DNA of 64,000 bases, from IMG/VR virus record IMGVR_UViG_3300045988_034528; one strand, given 5' to 3'. This DNA comes from a virus. The first letter of the stretch is position 1, and every line of letters begins with the position of its first letter. The notes under the pieces are model-generated. The model saw nothing but the letters and a program-made list of their open reading frames with translations, had not been told where the DNA came from and made no database searches. Positions 1 through 10,257 of the stretch are shown here, piece by piece. A program made the position numbers and the translations under genes.

Positions 1-2
1 CA

Positions 3-746
3 TTCTATGTTGCCCAATCTACTAACCTTGATACAAGCCTTGAAAGTAGTCTTACTCTTGACAGTAATAATATATTCAGTAGAAGTCTTGTTGTAGATAT
101 TACAGGGGATGATATTGAAATACCTTCGATTGTTAGAGCACCTTGTGAAAACTTTATCAGAAATAATTTAGTTTATAATTTTATACAGAAGGCAGAGAGA
201 ATTATATTACCTCTTTATACAAATAGTAATGATCTAAATAAAAGAACTTTTGACAGTATCATTAAAGAGTTCTTTTGTCAAGTATCTTTTAATAAAAGAT
301 TACTAAAGATTACAACTGCTAAAGGTGAGACTTACTATGGTGGATGTGGACTCATATTAGATGAGAAGTTTAATCCTCTCTTAATGTGTGGACTAAAGGC
401 TAGAAAGGTAGTAACAAAGAATAATAAAGGTATAGAATTTGTATCTATGCAATACTATAGGACTATCTGTCGTGTTAGTCCTGTAGTATTTGCAGAGCCT
501 AATAGGTTAATTAACAAGGGTATTATAAATAAACTAATTCCTCTATATACTACTGAGGACATACAATTTCCAACTTCTAATTCTGGCATTTCAAATAATC
601 CTAATAGTATGAAAGTAGAAGTGGTTATAGATGATTTTAGTAAGTTTTTCATTACCCCTATTGCACCTACTCCTAGTAAGTGTAGTAATGGTACACTTAA
701 TAAGTGTCTAAATGACAATATAGAAGACATTCTGGATTTGCTATGA
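3..746 (+). CDS. 3' part of a larger ORF entering from the left window edge; unknown replication-module protein
   Basis: Frame 3 is open with no stop from nt 3 to the TGA at 744-746. The 120-aa track ORF (384..746) is therefore only the tail of a longer gene. Its stop overlaps the next ATG (ATGA). No motif recognised. Confidence 0.6.
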   Translation, partial: FYVAQSTNLDTSLESSLTLDSNNIFSRSLVVDITGDDIEIPSIVRAPCENFIRNNLVYNFIQKAERIILPLYTNSNDLNKRTFDSIIKEFFCQVSFNKRLLKITTAKGETYYGGCGLILDEKFNPLLMCGLKARKVVTKNNKGIEFVSMQYYRTICRVSPVVFAEPNRLINKGIINKLIPLYTTEDIQFPTSNSGISNNPNSMKVEVVIDDFSKFFITPIAPTPSKCSNGTLNKCLNDNIEDILDLL

Positions 747-1420
747 CAGTAGAAGAATATTTTGGGGATTGGATGAAAGTAATTGATAGAGTAGAACTTA
801 ATAATGTAATGACTAAGATTGGACAAGAATATAAAAGAAAACCTATATGCCCTACTCAATCTGATGTATTCAAAGCATTTGAGTTATGCTCTCTTAAAGA
901 CTTGAAGATAGTTATGCTTGGTCAGGATCCATACCCACAAAAGGAAGTTGCTACTGGTATACTATTTGGGAATAAAGTAAATTCTCAAGAAAAAAATTTA
1001 TCTCCATCTTTACAAGTTATTAAAGAGGCTGCTATAAATTTTGAAGTCCCAAAAAATAGTTGTATCTTTGACCCCACTTTAGAGAGTTGGGCAAAACAGG
1101 GGATACTAATGATAAATTCAGCCCTCACAGTAGAAATGAATAAGGTTGGTTCTCATGTGATGATATGGAGACCATTCATAATTGCCCTATTAAAACACTT
1201 ATCAGAGTGTGAGACTGGTATTATTTATGTTCTATTTGGGAGGCAGGCTCAGACATTTAAGCCCTATATTAACAAACAATTCAATAACATTCTTGAAATT
1301 GAACATCCAGCATACTATGCAAGACTTAATAAGAGAATGTCATCTGAATTGTTTGCTACTATAAGTAATTTGTGTAAAGATAAATATGGAGTACCAATTA
1401 AATGGTATCAAGAATATTAA
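743..1420 (+). CDS. ung: Uracil-DNA glycosylase, family-1 (UNG)-like
   Basis: LGQDPYPQ (cf. GQDPYH), ATGILFGN, WAKQGILMINSALTV, VLFGRQAQ and EHPAYY (cf. HPSP) occur in the UNG order. Start is ATGA-coupled to the upstream ORF. Confidence 0.8.
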   Translation: MTVEEYFGDWMKVIDRVELNNVMTKIGQEYKRKPICPTQSDVFKAFELCSLKDLKIVMLGQDPYPQKEVATGILFGNKVNSQEKNLSPSLQVIKEAAINFEVPKNSCIFDPTLESWAKQGILMINSALTVEMNKVGSHVMIWRPFIIALLKHLSECETGIIYVLFGRQAQTFKPYINKQFNNILEIEHPAYYARLNKRMSSELFATISNLCKDKYGVPIKWYQEY

Positions 1421-1440
1421 ATAAAAAAAAACAAAAGACA

Positions 1441-2004
1441 ATGGAAAAATTTTATTTGAAAAATGGAAAAGAAGTACAGATTGGAGACACTCTTACCAAG
1501 GTAACTAAGACTAAACATCCTCTATTTGGCGAAGGTACTAAGGTAGAAAGTATAGTAATTACCAAGACATCTTTGCCTAAACTGATTGAGAGGGGTATTA
1601 TTACTACCTCACTTGGTTCTGACTTTGATGTAGACAAAGTTATGCCTACTGAGTCACATATGAATCTTCACTACTATGTTGAAAAGCTAGCAAAGAAACT
1701 TAACTGGAAGGTAGATAAAGTGTATAACTATATTAATACCATTGACAGTGTATATCCTGCTGCTGCATTCTCTATGTTACTCAGAGAAATAGCTATTGAG
1801 CTTGACAAGAAGTATAAAGATCATATTGAAAATAGTCCTGAGATTTATGTAATCTCTGTGTTTGATGGTAGAATTACCAAGGCTAATAAGGCTCATATCA
1901 AGAATTATAGGAATTTTGCTGCATTTAGGTCTGTAAGTGATGCCAAGATTGCTTGTAATATTATGAAGGATATTCTTAAAGAACTGTTCAAAAGTGGTAA
2001 ATAA
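1441..2004 (+). CDS. hypothetical protein
   Basis: Long ORF. The ATG at 1441, after an A-rich spacer, is preferred to the in-frame 1402 start that overlaps the UDG gene. Confidence 0.6.
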   Translation: MEKFYLKNGKEVQIGDTLTKVTKTKHPLFGEGTKVESIVITKTSLPKLIERGIITTSLGSDFDVDKVMPTESHMNLHYYVEKLAKKLNWKVDKVYNYINTIDSVYPAAAFSMLLREIAIELDKKYKDHIENSPEIYVISVFDGRITKANKAHIKNYRNFAAFRSVSDAKIACNIMKDILKELFKSGK

Positions 2005-2518
2005 GAAGATTAAGAATGCTACTAAGAGTAATCTAGGAAACTTGGCCTTTAAATCACAGTTGGAGAAGAGTATATATAATACTCTTCTTCAACAGGGATT
2101 TACTCCTCAATATGAGCCAATTACCTTTACATTATGGGATGGGTTTACTCCTATTACACCTTACTATGATAAAGAAACTGATAAACAGAAGATAAAAAGA
2201 TTGTCAAATGGAATAAATACTTGTCCCTCAAAGATACTTATTCAGAAAGTAGGCAAAGTGGTGGGTATAAGATATACTCCAGACTTTTATTTCAATTATA
2301 AGGGCTTAGATGTTTACATTGAGGCTAAGGGAATTGAGAATGACGTCTTTTATATCAAAAAGAAGATGTTTATAAAGTATCTTGATGATATATTGATTAA
2401 TACTGGAAGAAGGTCTATATACTTTGAGGTTTATACTAAGAAGCAACTCTTACAGGCAATAGAAATAATTAAAGACTATGCAACAGAATGTAATTCACAA
2501 ACTGATACAACAAGCTAA
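1994..2518 (+). CDS. PD-(D/E)XK-fold endonuclease, DUF1064-like (possible junction resolvase)
   Basis: Pattern RYTPDFYF...VYIEAKG...KKKMF (D...ExK layout). The only available start is GTG at 1994, overlapping the upstream stop. Confidence 0.55.
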   Translation: MVNKKIKNATKSNLGNLAFKSQLEKSIYNTLLQQGFTPQYEPITFTLWDGFTPITPYYDKETDKQKIKRLSNGINTCPSKILIQKVGKVVGIRYTPDFYFNYKGLDVYIEAKGIENDVFYIKKKMFIKYLDDILINTGRRSIYFEVYTKKQLLQAIEIIKDYATECNSQTDTTS

Positions 2519-2684
2519 TAAATTACCTGTATTGGAATATGACCCTAATCCTATTATTTTCAAAGATAATGTGGAGGCTACTATAAGAGAGGTAAAGCAG
2601 AGACTTGGGGTTTTACAGACTCTTAAGGCAGAAATAGATTATCAATTAACTTTAACCCATACAGATAATGAAGAGTTTATATGA
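2478..2684 (+). CDS. small hypothetical protein
   Basis: 68-aa ORF with an ATG start that bridges its two neighbours with overlaps on both sides. Confidence 0.45.
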   Translation: MQQNVIHKLIQQANKLPVLEYDPNPIIFKDNVEATIREVKQRLGVLQTLKAEIDYQLTLTHTDNEEFI

Positions 2685-3711
2685 TATATCTCTTAAAATA
2701 ACAGAAGAAGAATATAGGGCAGACTCTGCACTTAGCTACTCTACTCTTGCAAGATATGAAAGAGAAGGATTTAATAACTTGGATAAATTGTTTGACAAGA
2801 TAGAAACTCCTTCTTTAACATTTGGAGCATCAGTAGATGCTTTAATTACAGGTGGGCAAGAAGAGTTTGATGAGAGGTTCATGGTAGCTGAATTTCCCCT
2901 AATACCTGACTCTATTGTGAAGATAATAAAATCTTTGTATAAACAATATGCTGGAACATATAGGAGTCTGCTTAATATACCTGATAATTCAATTATTAGA
3001 GAAACTGAAGACCAAAACTACCAAATGAATTGGAAGCCTGAAACAAGGGCTAAGGCCATCAGAGAAAAAGGTACTGACTATTATAATCTATTGTTTGTGG
3101 CAGGTGATAGAACTATACTTGATACTCAGACCTATCAAGATGTATGTAATGCAGTTAAGGCATTGAAGGAGGGTAGCTCTACCAAGTTATACTTTGCAGA
3201 TGATAATCCTTTTGAGCCTGATATTGAAAGATTATATCAGTTGAAGTTTAAGGGAGAGTTTGATGGTATAACCTATAGAAATATGGCTGACTTAATTATA
3301 GTCAATCATAAAAAGAAGTGGGTAAAGCCAGTAGATTTGAAAACAAGTTCTCATGCAGAATGGGATTTCTATAAATCCTTTGTGGATTGGAGATATGATA
3401 TTCAAGCCAGACTATATTGGGCTATTATAAGACAGAATATGGATAAGGATGAGTACTTTAAAGACTTCAAGTTACTTGACTATGATTTTATTGTAGTTAA
3501 TAAGAGAACTTTAACCCCTCTTGTATGGAATTGTCCCTTTACTCAAGCACAAGGTACATTGAGATTTGGTAATAATTCCCAAATTGAAATGAGAAGCCCC
3601 TTTGAAATAGGAAAAGAGCTTAATTCTTATCTCTCTTCAAGACCTAAAGTACCAAAGGGAATTTCAGATACAGGGGCAAATGATTTAAAAGAATGGCTAA
3701 ATACTTTATGA
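2668..3711 (+). CDS. PD-(D/E)XK (RecB/Cas4-like) exonuclease
   Basis: MADLIIV...PVDLKTSS (D...DxK) is followed by DIQARLYW (QxxxY), the usual RecB-family nuclease order. Confidence 0.7.
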   Translation: MKSLYDISLKITEEEYRADSALSYSTLARYEREGFNNLDKLFDKIETPSLTFGASVDALITGGQEEFDERFMVAEFPLIPDSIVKIIKSLYKQYAGTYRSLLNIPDNSIIRETEDQNYQMNWKPETRAKAIREKGTDYYNLLFVAGDRTILDTQTYQDVCNAVKALKEGSSTKLYFADDNPFEPDIERLYQLKFKGEFDGITYRNMADLIIVNHKKKWVKPVDLKTSSHAEWDFYKSFVDWRYDIQARLYWAIIRQNMDKDEYFKDFKLLDYDFIVVNKRTLTPLVWNCPFTQAQGTLRFGNNSQIEMRSPFEIGKELNSYLSSRPKVPKGISDTGANDLKEWLNTL

Positions 3712-3712
3712 T

Positions 3713-5914
3713 ATGCAAGTAATAAAAAAAGACAAAAGCAGAGAAGAATTTGACATCAGTAAGATTAACAAAGCTGTAGAGAAAGCCTTTAATTCTTGTA
3801 ATAAGAAGATGCCTCAGTATCTGTATGATATGATAGGTGCCTTGTTTGGTACTTTGGAAGGAGATACAATAGGCATTGAAGAAATTCAAAATAAGGTTGA
3901 GGATATACTTATGAATGACAAACACTTTGATGTAGCAAAGAGTTATATCATTTATAGAAATAAGCATGAAGAGTCTAGGTTCATTAGGGGAAGGATTGAT
4001 TATATGTCTAACTATGCAGATTCTGATGATAATGCTGCTAGTTCTTCAGAGACTGATCCTAATGCTAATACAACCATGAAGAATGTTGCCAACCTTGATG
4101 GAGAAGTCTATAAGACTACTAATAGAATAATTCAAAGACAAAGAATGAAGGATAAACTAAATGAGTTATATCCTGAAGTAGCTAAACAATATGAAGAGGA
4201 TTTAAATCATCATATTATTTATACTCATGATGAAGCTAGTTCTCCTACATTAAAGCCATATTGTATGGCAGTTACTCTTTATCCTCTCATGAATGAAGGA
4301 AGCGGTAATATAGATGGTGTAACTCCTTCTATACCTAATGATATACAGTCATTTAGTGGCCAAGTAACTAATCTAGTATTTTTACTTAGTTCTCAATGTA
4401 AAGGAGCAGTAGCTCTTGGAGACTACTTTATAGCTTTAAATTATTATGTAATTTCGGAATTTGGATCTAATTGGTATGATAAAATAGATTATAAGGCTTC
4501 TTCTGAACATTGTAATATCCAAAGATCAATAAAAGATACTATTAGAAAAGGGATGAAACAATTCATTTATGGTGTAAACCAACCTGCGGGAAATAGAAGC
4601 TACAATAGTCCTTTTACTAATATATCATACTATGATAAGTATTATTTTGAGTCATTATTTGGGGATTTTTACTATCCTGATGGAACCAAGCCAGAATGGA
4701 AAGCAGTAGATATTCTTCAAAGAATGTTTATGGAATTACATAGAGAACTTAGATTAATTAAGCCGTTAACTTTTCCTGTATCTACAATAGCTCTTGTACA
4801 TAATAATAATGAATATTTGGATAAAGACTATAAAGAATTGTGTGCTTCAGAATGGGCTAAAGGAGGTTCTTTCTTCTGTTATAATAGTGATAATCCTTCA
4901 TCATTAGCATCATGTTGTAGAGTGTTAAATGAAATGTCTAATAATACATTCAGTTCTACCACAGGAATGACTGGTGTCATGACTGGTTCTTGTAATGTAA
5001 TCACTCTTAATATCAATAGAATTGTACAGGATTGGTATAAGAAGTATTCTCCACAAAGACATAGGTCTAATAATGGTGCAGCAGAAAGAAAGATGATTGC
5101 AGTCCGTAGATTGTGGAATGAAGAAGGAAGAAATTTACTAAGCCAATATATAAGTAACATTCTTGAAAGAGTCTATAAGTATCATATTGCTTATAAGACT
5201 ATGCTTTATGAAATGGAAGATAGTAAAATGTATTCTTGTAGTAATGCAGGATATATTTATATAAAGAAACTTTATAGTACCATAGGAATAATAGGATATA
5301 CTGAAGCTGCTCAATTTTTAGGATTAGAAATAGGAAATAATCAAGAATATAAGGAATTTCTTCAATTAATTCTAGGAACTATTAAAGAACAAAATAAACT
5401 TCATAGTATAAATGATAAAAAGAGGCCTTTCTTATTTAATAGTGAAGCTGTTCCAGGAGAAGGATTAGGGGTAAAGTTCTATGAAGTTGATAAGCGAGAG
5501 GGATACTGTGTTCCTAAAGAACAAAATTTATATAACTGTTATTTCTATAATCCTTGGAACACTAACACATCTATTTTAGATAAGATGACACTTCATGGAA
5601 AAGAAATTAGTACTTTTTGTGATGGAGGACAAGCAGCTCATCTTAACTTAGATGCTCATTTAAGCAAAGAACAATATCTTAAACTACTAGATTTTGCATT
5701 AAATAATGGAACTAATTATTTCACATTTAATATTCCAATGAGTGAATGTGCTGAGTGTGGACATATAGTTAATGCTCCTATTAAAGAATGTCCTAAATGT
5801 CATAGTAATAAAATTAAATACTGGACAAGAATAATTGGCTACTTGACTTGTGTTAATAGTTGGAGTAATCCAAGACAAAAGGAATTTACTAAAAGAATAT
5901 ATAGTCATGCTTAA
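3713..5914 (+). CDS. nrdD: Anaerobic ribonucleoside-triphosphate reductase (class III)
   Basis: N-terminal ATP-cone (VIKKDKSREEFDISKINKAVEKAF). C-terminal Zn ribbon (CAECGH...CPKCHS) is followed by the glycyl-radical motif RIIGYLT. Size is typical. Confidence 0.9.
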   Translation: MQVIKKDKSREEFDISKINKAVEKAFNSCNKKMPQYLYDMIGALFGTLEGDTIGIEEIQNKVEDILMNDKHFDVAKSYIIYRNKHEESRFIRGRIDYMSNYADSDDNAASSSETDPNANTTMKNVANLDGEVYKTTNRIIQRQRMKDKLNELYPEVAKQYEEDLNHHIIYTHDEASSPTLKPYCMAVTLYPLMNEGSGNIDGVTPSIPNDIQSFSGQVTNLVFLLSSQCKGAVALGDYFIALNYYVISEFGSNWYDKIDYKASSEHCNIQRSIKDTIRKGMKQFIYGVNQPAGNRSYNSPFTNISYYDKYYFESLFGDFYYPDGTKPEWKAVDILQRMFMELHRELRLIKPLTFPVSTIALVHNNNEYLDKDYKELCASEWAKGGSFFCYNSDNPSSLASCCRVLNEMSNNTFSSTTGMTGVMTGSCNVITLNINRIVQDWYKKYSPQRHRSNNGAAERKMIAVRRLWNEEGRNLLSQYISNILERVYKYHIAYKTMLYEMEDSKMYSCSNAGYIYIKKLYSTIGIIGYTEAAQFLGLEIGNNQEYKEFLQLILGTIKEQNKLHSINDKKRPFLFNSEAVPGEGLGVKFYEVDKREGYCVPKEQNLYNCYFYNPWNTNTSILDKMTLHGKEISTFCDGGQAAHLNLDAHLSKEQYLKLLDFALNNGTNYFTFNIPMSECAECGHIVNAPIKECPKCHSNKIKYWTRIIGYLTCVNSWSNPRQKEFTKRIYSHA

Positions 5915-6359
5915 ATACGTTGATACCCTAGTTACTTTTAGTGAAGTGCCTGATGAAATTACTTTATGTATTAATATAAGTAATTGCCCTTGTCATTGTG
6001 AAGGTTGCCACTCTTCTTATTTAGCTAAAGATATTGGAGAAGAATTAAATGACTTGGCTTTAAATAGGTTATTAATAAAGAATCAAGGTATTACTTGCGT
6101 AGCATTTATGGGAGGAGATTCTGACCCTTCAGAAATAAATGAATTTGCAAGAAAACTTAAAGTTCATACTAATCTTAAAGTAGCTTGGTATAGTGGTAGA
6201 CAAGAGCTTAGTAAGGATATTGATTTAAAAAATTTCGATGCAGTCAAGTTAGGGCCTTATATTAAAGAATTCGGACCTCTTAACAGTAAAACTACTAATC
6301 AAAGATTTTATAAAGTTAATAATAATCAATTAATTGATATAACAAAAAAGTTTTGGTAA
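5907..6359 (+). CDS. nrdG: Class III RNR activating enzyme (radical SAM)
   Basis: CPCHCEGCH gives the CxxxCxxC cluster. The ATG at 5907 overlaps the nrdD stop and is preferred to the 5850 extension. Lies directly downstream of nrdD. Confidence 0.85.
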   Translation: MLKYVDTLVTFSEVPDEITLCINISNCPCHCEGCHSSYLAKDIGEELNDLALNRLLIKNQGITCVAFMGGDSDPSEINEFARKLKVHTNLKVAWYSGRQELSKDIDLKNFDAVKLGPYIKEFGPLNSKTTNQRFYKVNNNQLIDITKKFW

Positions 6360-6886
6360 TGAAATTAAAGATTAAAGTAAAAGAAATTACTAAAGGTTGC
6401 ATGCCTTATATCATTCAAAATGGTGATTGGATTGACCTTATTTGTGCTGAAGATATGAAAATAAATGTACCACAAGCATATACTTTAAAAGAAATTCATT
6501 TTAATGATGATAGTAGGGATATTACTGCTGATCTTAAATATATTCCTCTAGGAGTAGCTATGCAATTACCTAAGGGATTTGAAGCTATAGTAGCTCCTAG
6601 AAGTAGTACTCCTAATAAATTTGGAATTATGTGTGCTAACTCATTTGGTGTAATTGATAATTGCTATTGTGGAAATAATGATGAATGGAAATTTCCAGTA
6701 ATTGCTATTAGGCCTACTTTTATTGAAAAAGGGTGCAGAATTTGTCAATTTAAAATTCAATTAAGTCAAAAAGCTACTCTATGGCAAAAGATTAAATGGT
6801 TATTTAGTTCTGGAGTAGAATTAGTAAAAGTTAATAATCTACAAGAAAATAGTCGTGGAGGATTTGGAAGCACTGGAACAAAGTAA
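6359..6886 (+). CDS. dut: dUTP pyrophosphatase
   Basis: PRSS, GVIDNCYCG and C-terminal SRGGFGSTG motifs. The track start at 6353 is TTG; the ATG at 6359 overlaps the nrdG stop (TAATG). Confidence 0.85.
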   Translation: MKLKIKVKEITKGCMPYIIQNGDWIDLICAEDMKINVPQAYTLKEIHFNDDSRDITADLKYIPLGVAMQLPKGFEAIVAPRSSTPNKFGIMCANSFGVIDNCYCGNNDEWKFPVIAIRPTFIEKGCRICQFKIQLSQKATLWQKIKWLFSSGVELVKVNNLQENSRGGFGSTGTK

Positions 6887-6906
6887 TAACAAAAAAAGCA
6901 TTAAAT

Positions 6907-7401
6907 ATGGTATTGAAAATAGTTGTAATCTTACTTGTAGTTATCCTTTTAGCTGTCATCATCAATGGTGCAGAGAGTTATTGTAAGCAAAAGAAGAGAG
7001 AAAATATATCCTTTAGAGAGGCAATGGACTTGGTAGAATTACCCATTATAACTTTCTATAATAAGGACACAAAGTTGAATTTTCTCTTGGATACTGGCAG
7101 TGACCTCTCCTATATCAATAAATCTATCCTGCCTTCCTTAGAGTATATAGAAATAAATGAAAGTAGGAATATTATAAGTGTAGGGGGTAACTCACAAAGT
7201 CTTGGGTGCTGTAATATGATAGTTACCTATAAGAGTCAAAAGTTTATTGATAGATTTTATATTAGTGACCTTGATGAAGCCTTTGGAGCTATAAAGGCTG
7301 AAACAGGAGTACAAATTCATGGTATCTTAGGAAGTAAATTCTTTGTAAAATATAAGTATGTTCTTGATTTCAAAGATTTAATTGCATATATTAGAAAATG
7401 A
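6907..7401 (+). CDS. Membrane-anchored retropepsin-like aspartic protease
   Basis: N-terminal hydrophobic helix (LKIVVILLVVILLAVII). Then FLLDTGSDLSYI (DTG at nt 7090-7098) and the late HGILGSKFF motif, the clan AA single-lobe layout. Stop is ATGA-coupled to the polymerase gene. Confidence 0.7.
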   Translation: MVLKIVVILLVVILLAVIINGAESYCKQKKRENISFREAMDLVELPIITFYNKDTKLNFLLDTGSDLSYINKSILPSLEYIEINESRNIISVGGNSQSLGCCNMIVTYKSQKFIDRFYISDLDEAFGAIKAETGVQIHGILGSKFFVKYKYVLDFKDLIAYIRK

Positions 7402-9533
7402 TATATCTTGTTACAGGACAAAAAAGTTTATTTGAAAATAAAATCTATAAAACCATAGGAGTTAAGGAGTCATTATCTATTCTAAATGAATGGAAAATGA
7501 TACAATTTGATACTGAAACTTTAGGTAAAGACCCTCATGTAGGGTCTTTACTTTTAGTTCAGTTTGGTAGTATAGATAAAAAAATACAAATAGTAATTGA
7601 TTGTACCACTATAAATATTTTATTATATAAGGACATACTAGAAACTAAGTATTTAATAGGTCAGAATTTAAAATTTGATTTACAGTGGTTATATAATTAT
7701 AGTATTATACCTTTGAAAATTTATGATACTATGATTGTGGAACAGCTTCTTTATTTGGGCTATTCTCCAGAGTATAAGGACCCTGTAAATGGTATATCTT
7801 ATAGTTTAAATTCTATTGCTAAAAGAAGGTTAAATGTTTATATAGATAAAACTGTAAGAGGGGAAATACAATGGAGAGGCATTGATGATTCTGTAATAAA
7901 TTATGCTGCTACAGATGTTATATATCTTGCAGATATAATGTATTCTCAGCTATCAGATTGTAAAAGACAAAGTTGTATAATTGGAGCTAAATTAGAGTGT
8001 GATTTTGTTCCTGTAATAGCTTATCTTGAATGGTGTGGTATTCATTTAGATGTAGATGCTTGGAAACATAAAATGGAAATAGATAAATTAAATCTAGAAC
8101 AATCTTTAAAAGATTTAAATGATTATGTATGTAATAATCCTAAATTAAAAGAGTTTACATACATTGATTATCAAATGGATTTATTTACTGGGTTTGATTT
8201 AACTCCAAAATGCACTATAAATTGGGCATCTTCTACTCAAGTAATACCTTTACTAAAAAAACTAGGATTTGATACTAAAGTTCAAGATAAAAATACTGGA
8301 GAAGATAAAGAGAGTGCTATGGAAAAAGTACTTAAAAAACAGAAGGGAATCAATGATGAGTTTCTCAAGTTATATTTAGGTAAAGGAGACCCAGAGGATG
8401 AAGATTATTATGCTGGATATAATGGTTCTGCTAAAGTAGTAACTTCTTTTGGTCAAAATCATCTTAATGCTATCAATCCTAATACTCAAAGAATACATAC
8501 TGTTTATAGACAATTAGGATGTGATACAGGAAGAATGTCCTCTGGTACAAAGGATAATAATAATGATTTAGCTAAGTTAAAGCATTTACCAATTAATCCC
8601 TCAAACAAACAAAAGAAAGAAGGTAAAGCTTGTCCTTATCCTAATATGCAACAACTACCTGCTGATGGTATTACTAGAAGTTGTTTTACAGCTCCTAAAG
8701 GATACAAATGGTGCAGTTGTGATTATAGTGCTATAGAAAGTAGATTAGGAGCTGATATATATCAAGAAAAATCTATGATAGATGAATTCCTTTATGGTAG
8801 TGGAGATATGCACTCACTATGTGCTTACATGGTATATACAAAAGAAATTCCTAGGGATACTCCTATTAAAAACATTAAAAAATTATATCCACATTTAAGA
8901 AAAGAAGTTAAATCTGTTGAATTTTCTCAACAATTTGGTGGTTCAGCTTTTGCTATACAAAATGCTATGGGTTGTACTTTAGAAAAAGCAGAAGAATTTG
9001 CTGAAGCTTATGCTAAAGGTTTTCCTGACATTGCAAAGTTTAAAGAAAAGGGGTCTAAAGAAGTTAGAAATAAAGGATATATATTATTAAATCCTATAAC
9101 AGGGCATAAAACTTATTGGGCAACTTTTAATAAGTGGAAAGATAAACATAGACAATTTACCCCTGAATTTTGGGATGAGTATAGAAGAATACATAAACCA
9201 AATGAAGATAGTGTATATCAAGAAGTAAGAAATCATTTTAAAGAAGTCTCTAAATGGGATAGAAAGGCTCTTAATTCTGTTACACAGGGAACTGGAGCTA
9301 TAATATTAAAGGATTCACAAATACAATTATTTCATTGGGTAGTTAACAATGGGTATTTTGGTAAGTGTAGACTTGTTAATTTAACCCATGATGAATGTAA
9401 TTGGGAATTTCCAGAAGATTTAGATAAATTTCCTAAAATAATAGAAGATTGTATGGAAAGTTCTGCTAGTAAATATTGTAAATCAGTTCCCATTCCTGCT
9501 GTTGCAGAAGTGGGGGATTGTTGGATTCATTAA
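7398..9533 (+). CDS. Family A DNA polymerase with 3'-5' exonuclease domain
   Basis: Exo motifs FDTETLG, QNLKFDLQWL and YAATDV. Pol motif A is CDYSAIESRL, motif B RKEVKSVEFSQQFGG, motif C LTHDEC. Confidence 0.9.
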   Translation: MIYLVTGQKSLFENKIYKTIGVKESLSILNEWKMIQFDTETLGKDPHVGSLLLVQFGSIDKKIQIVIDCTTINILLYKDILETKYLIGQNLKFDLQWLYNYSIIPLKIYDTMIVEQLLYLGYSPEYKDPVNGISYSLNSIAKRRLNVYIDKTVRGEIQWRGIDDSVINYAATDVIYLADIMYSQLSDCKRQSCIIGAKLECDFVPVIAYLEWCGIHLDVDAWKHKMEIDKLNLEQSLKDLNDYVCNNPKLKEFTYIDYQMDLFTGFDLTPKCTINWASSTQVIPLLKKLGFDTKVQDKNTGEDKESAMEKVLKKQKGINDEFLKLYLGKGDPEDEDYYAGYNGSAKVVTSFGQNHLNAINPNTQRIHTVYRQLGCDTGRMSSGTKDNNNDLAKLKHLPINPSNKQKKEGKACPYPNMQQLPADGITRSCFTAPKGYKWCSCDYSAIESRLGADIYQEKSMIDEFLYGSGDMHSLCAYMVYTKEIPRDTPIKNIKKLYPHLRKEVKSVEFSQQFGGSAFAIQNAMGCTLEKAEEFAEAYAKGFPDIAKFKEKGSKEVRNKGYILLNPITGHKTYWATFNKWKDKHRQFTPEFWDEYRRIHKPNEDSVYQEVRNHFKEVSKWDRKALNSVTQGTGAIILKDSQIQLFHWVVNNGYFGKCRLVNLTHDECNWEFPEDLDKFPKIIEDCMESSASKYCKSVPIPAVAEVGDCWIH

Positions 9534-9544
9534 ACCTAAAGTAT

Positions 9545-9829
9545 ATGAAAAATAAGGAAGTAGTAGAAAGTTTTATTTCTAGAAATATAGCTAACTCTGC
9601 TAATTTAATTAGTACTGGAAACAGATTAATTTCTTACAATACTTGTATTGCAGAATGGTATACTTCAAGTATCATTTTAATAAATGAAACTTATTATTCA
9701 AATACTACTAGTAGACATTTAAATTTATTAAAAAGAGGTTTACCTTCTTACATAAGATGTCTTACTAGAAATAGTATAGACATAAATACTAGTAAAATAG
9801 AATCATATTTTAGTATTAAATTGTTATGA
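9545..9829 (+). CDS. hypothetical protein
   Basis: ORF. The ATG at 9545 is preferred to 9518, which lies inside the polymerase gene. Confidence 0.55.
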   Translation: MKNKEVVESFISRNIANSANLISTGNRLISYNTCIAEWYTSSIILINETYYSNTTSRHLNLLKRGLPSYIRCLTRNSIDINTSKIESYFSIKLL

Positions 9830-10257
9830 AAATAGAATTTAAAGCAGGAAACTATTATCTTTGTACTAAAGATTATATTATTAATAAACAATTAGCATTT
9901 AAAAGAAAACATTTGTATCTTTGTAAAGAAGATGGGGTTCTAGAAGGATGCAATAAGGAATTATATCATCTTGATAATGTAAACTTTAAAGAAGATATAT
10001 TCAGAATAAGATTTAAAATGGAAGATAATGTTAATCATCCTTCTCACTACACATGGCTTAAAGATAAGTGTGGAATTGAGGTAATTGATATAACAAGACA
10101 TATGGATTTTTGTTTAGGAAATTCAATAAAATATATTCTAAGAGCAGGCCGTAAACAGGATGCAAGTCTTACAGATAATCAGAAGGAAATTGAGGATTTG
10201 AAGAAGGCTATATGGTATATTAATGACAGGATAAAACAATTAGGTGGTGAAGTATGA
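9826..10257 (+). CDS. DUF3310-like protein (SaV-type C-terminal domain)
   Basis: NHPSHY...GNSIKYILRAGRK...DLKKAIWYI pattern in the C-terminal half. ATGA coupling at both ends. Confidence 0.55.
   Translation: MKIEFKAGNYYLCTKDYIINKQLAFKRKHLYLCKEDGVLEGCNKELYHLDNVNFKEDIFRIRFKMEDNVNHPSHYTWLKDKCGIEVIDITRHMDFCLGNSIKYILRAGRKQDASLTDNQKEIEDLKKAIWYINDRIKQLGGEV

Noticed and set aside
1402-1440. Upstream start extensions offered by the ORF track (1402, 5850, 6353, 9518, 35782, 50094)
   Set aside because: These are either non-ATG codons (TTG/GTG) or lie inside the preceding gene. ATGs coupled to the upstream stop codon give more economical gene models, although the longer forms cannot be excluded.
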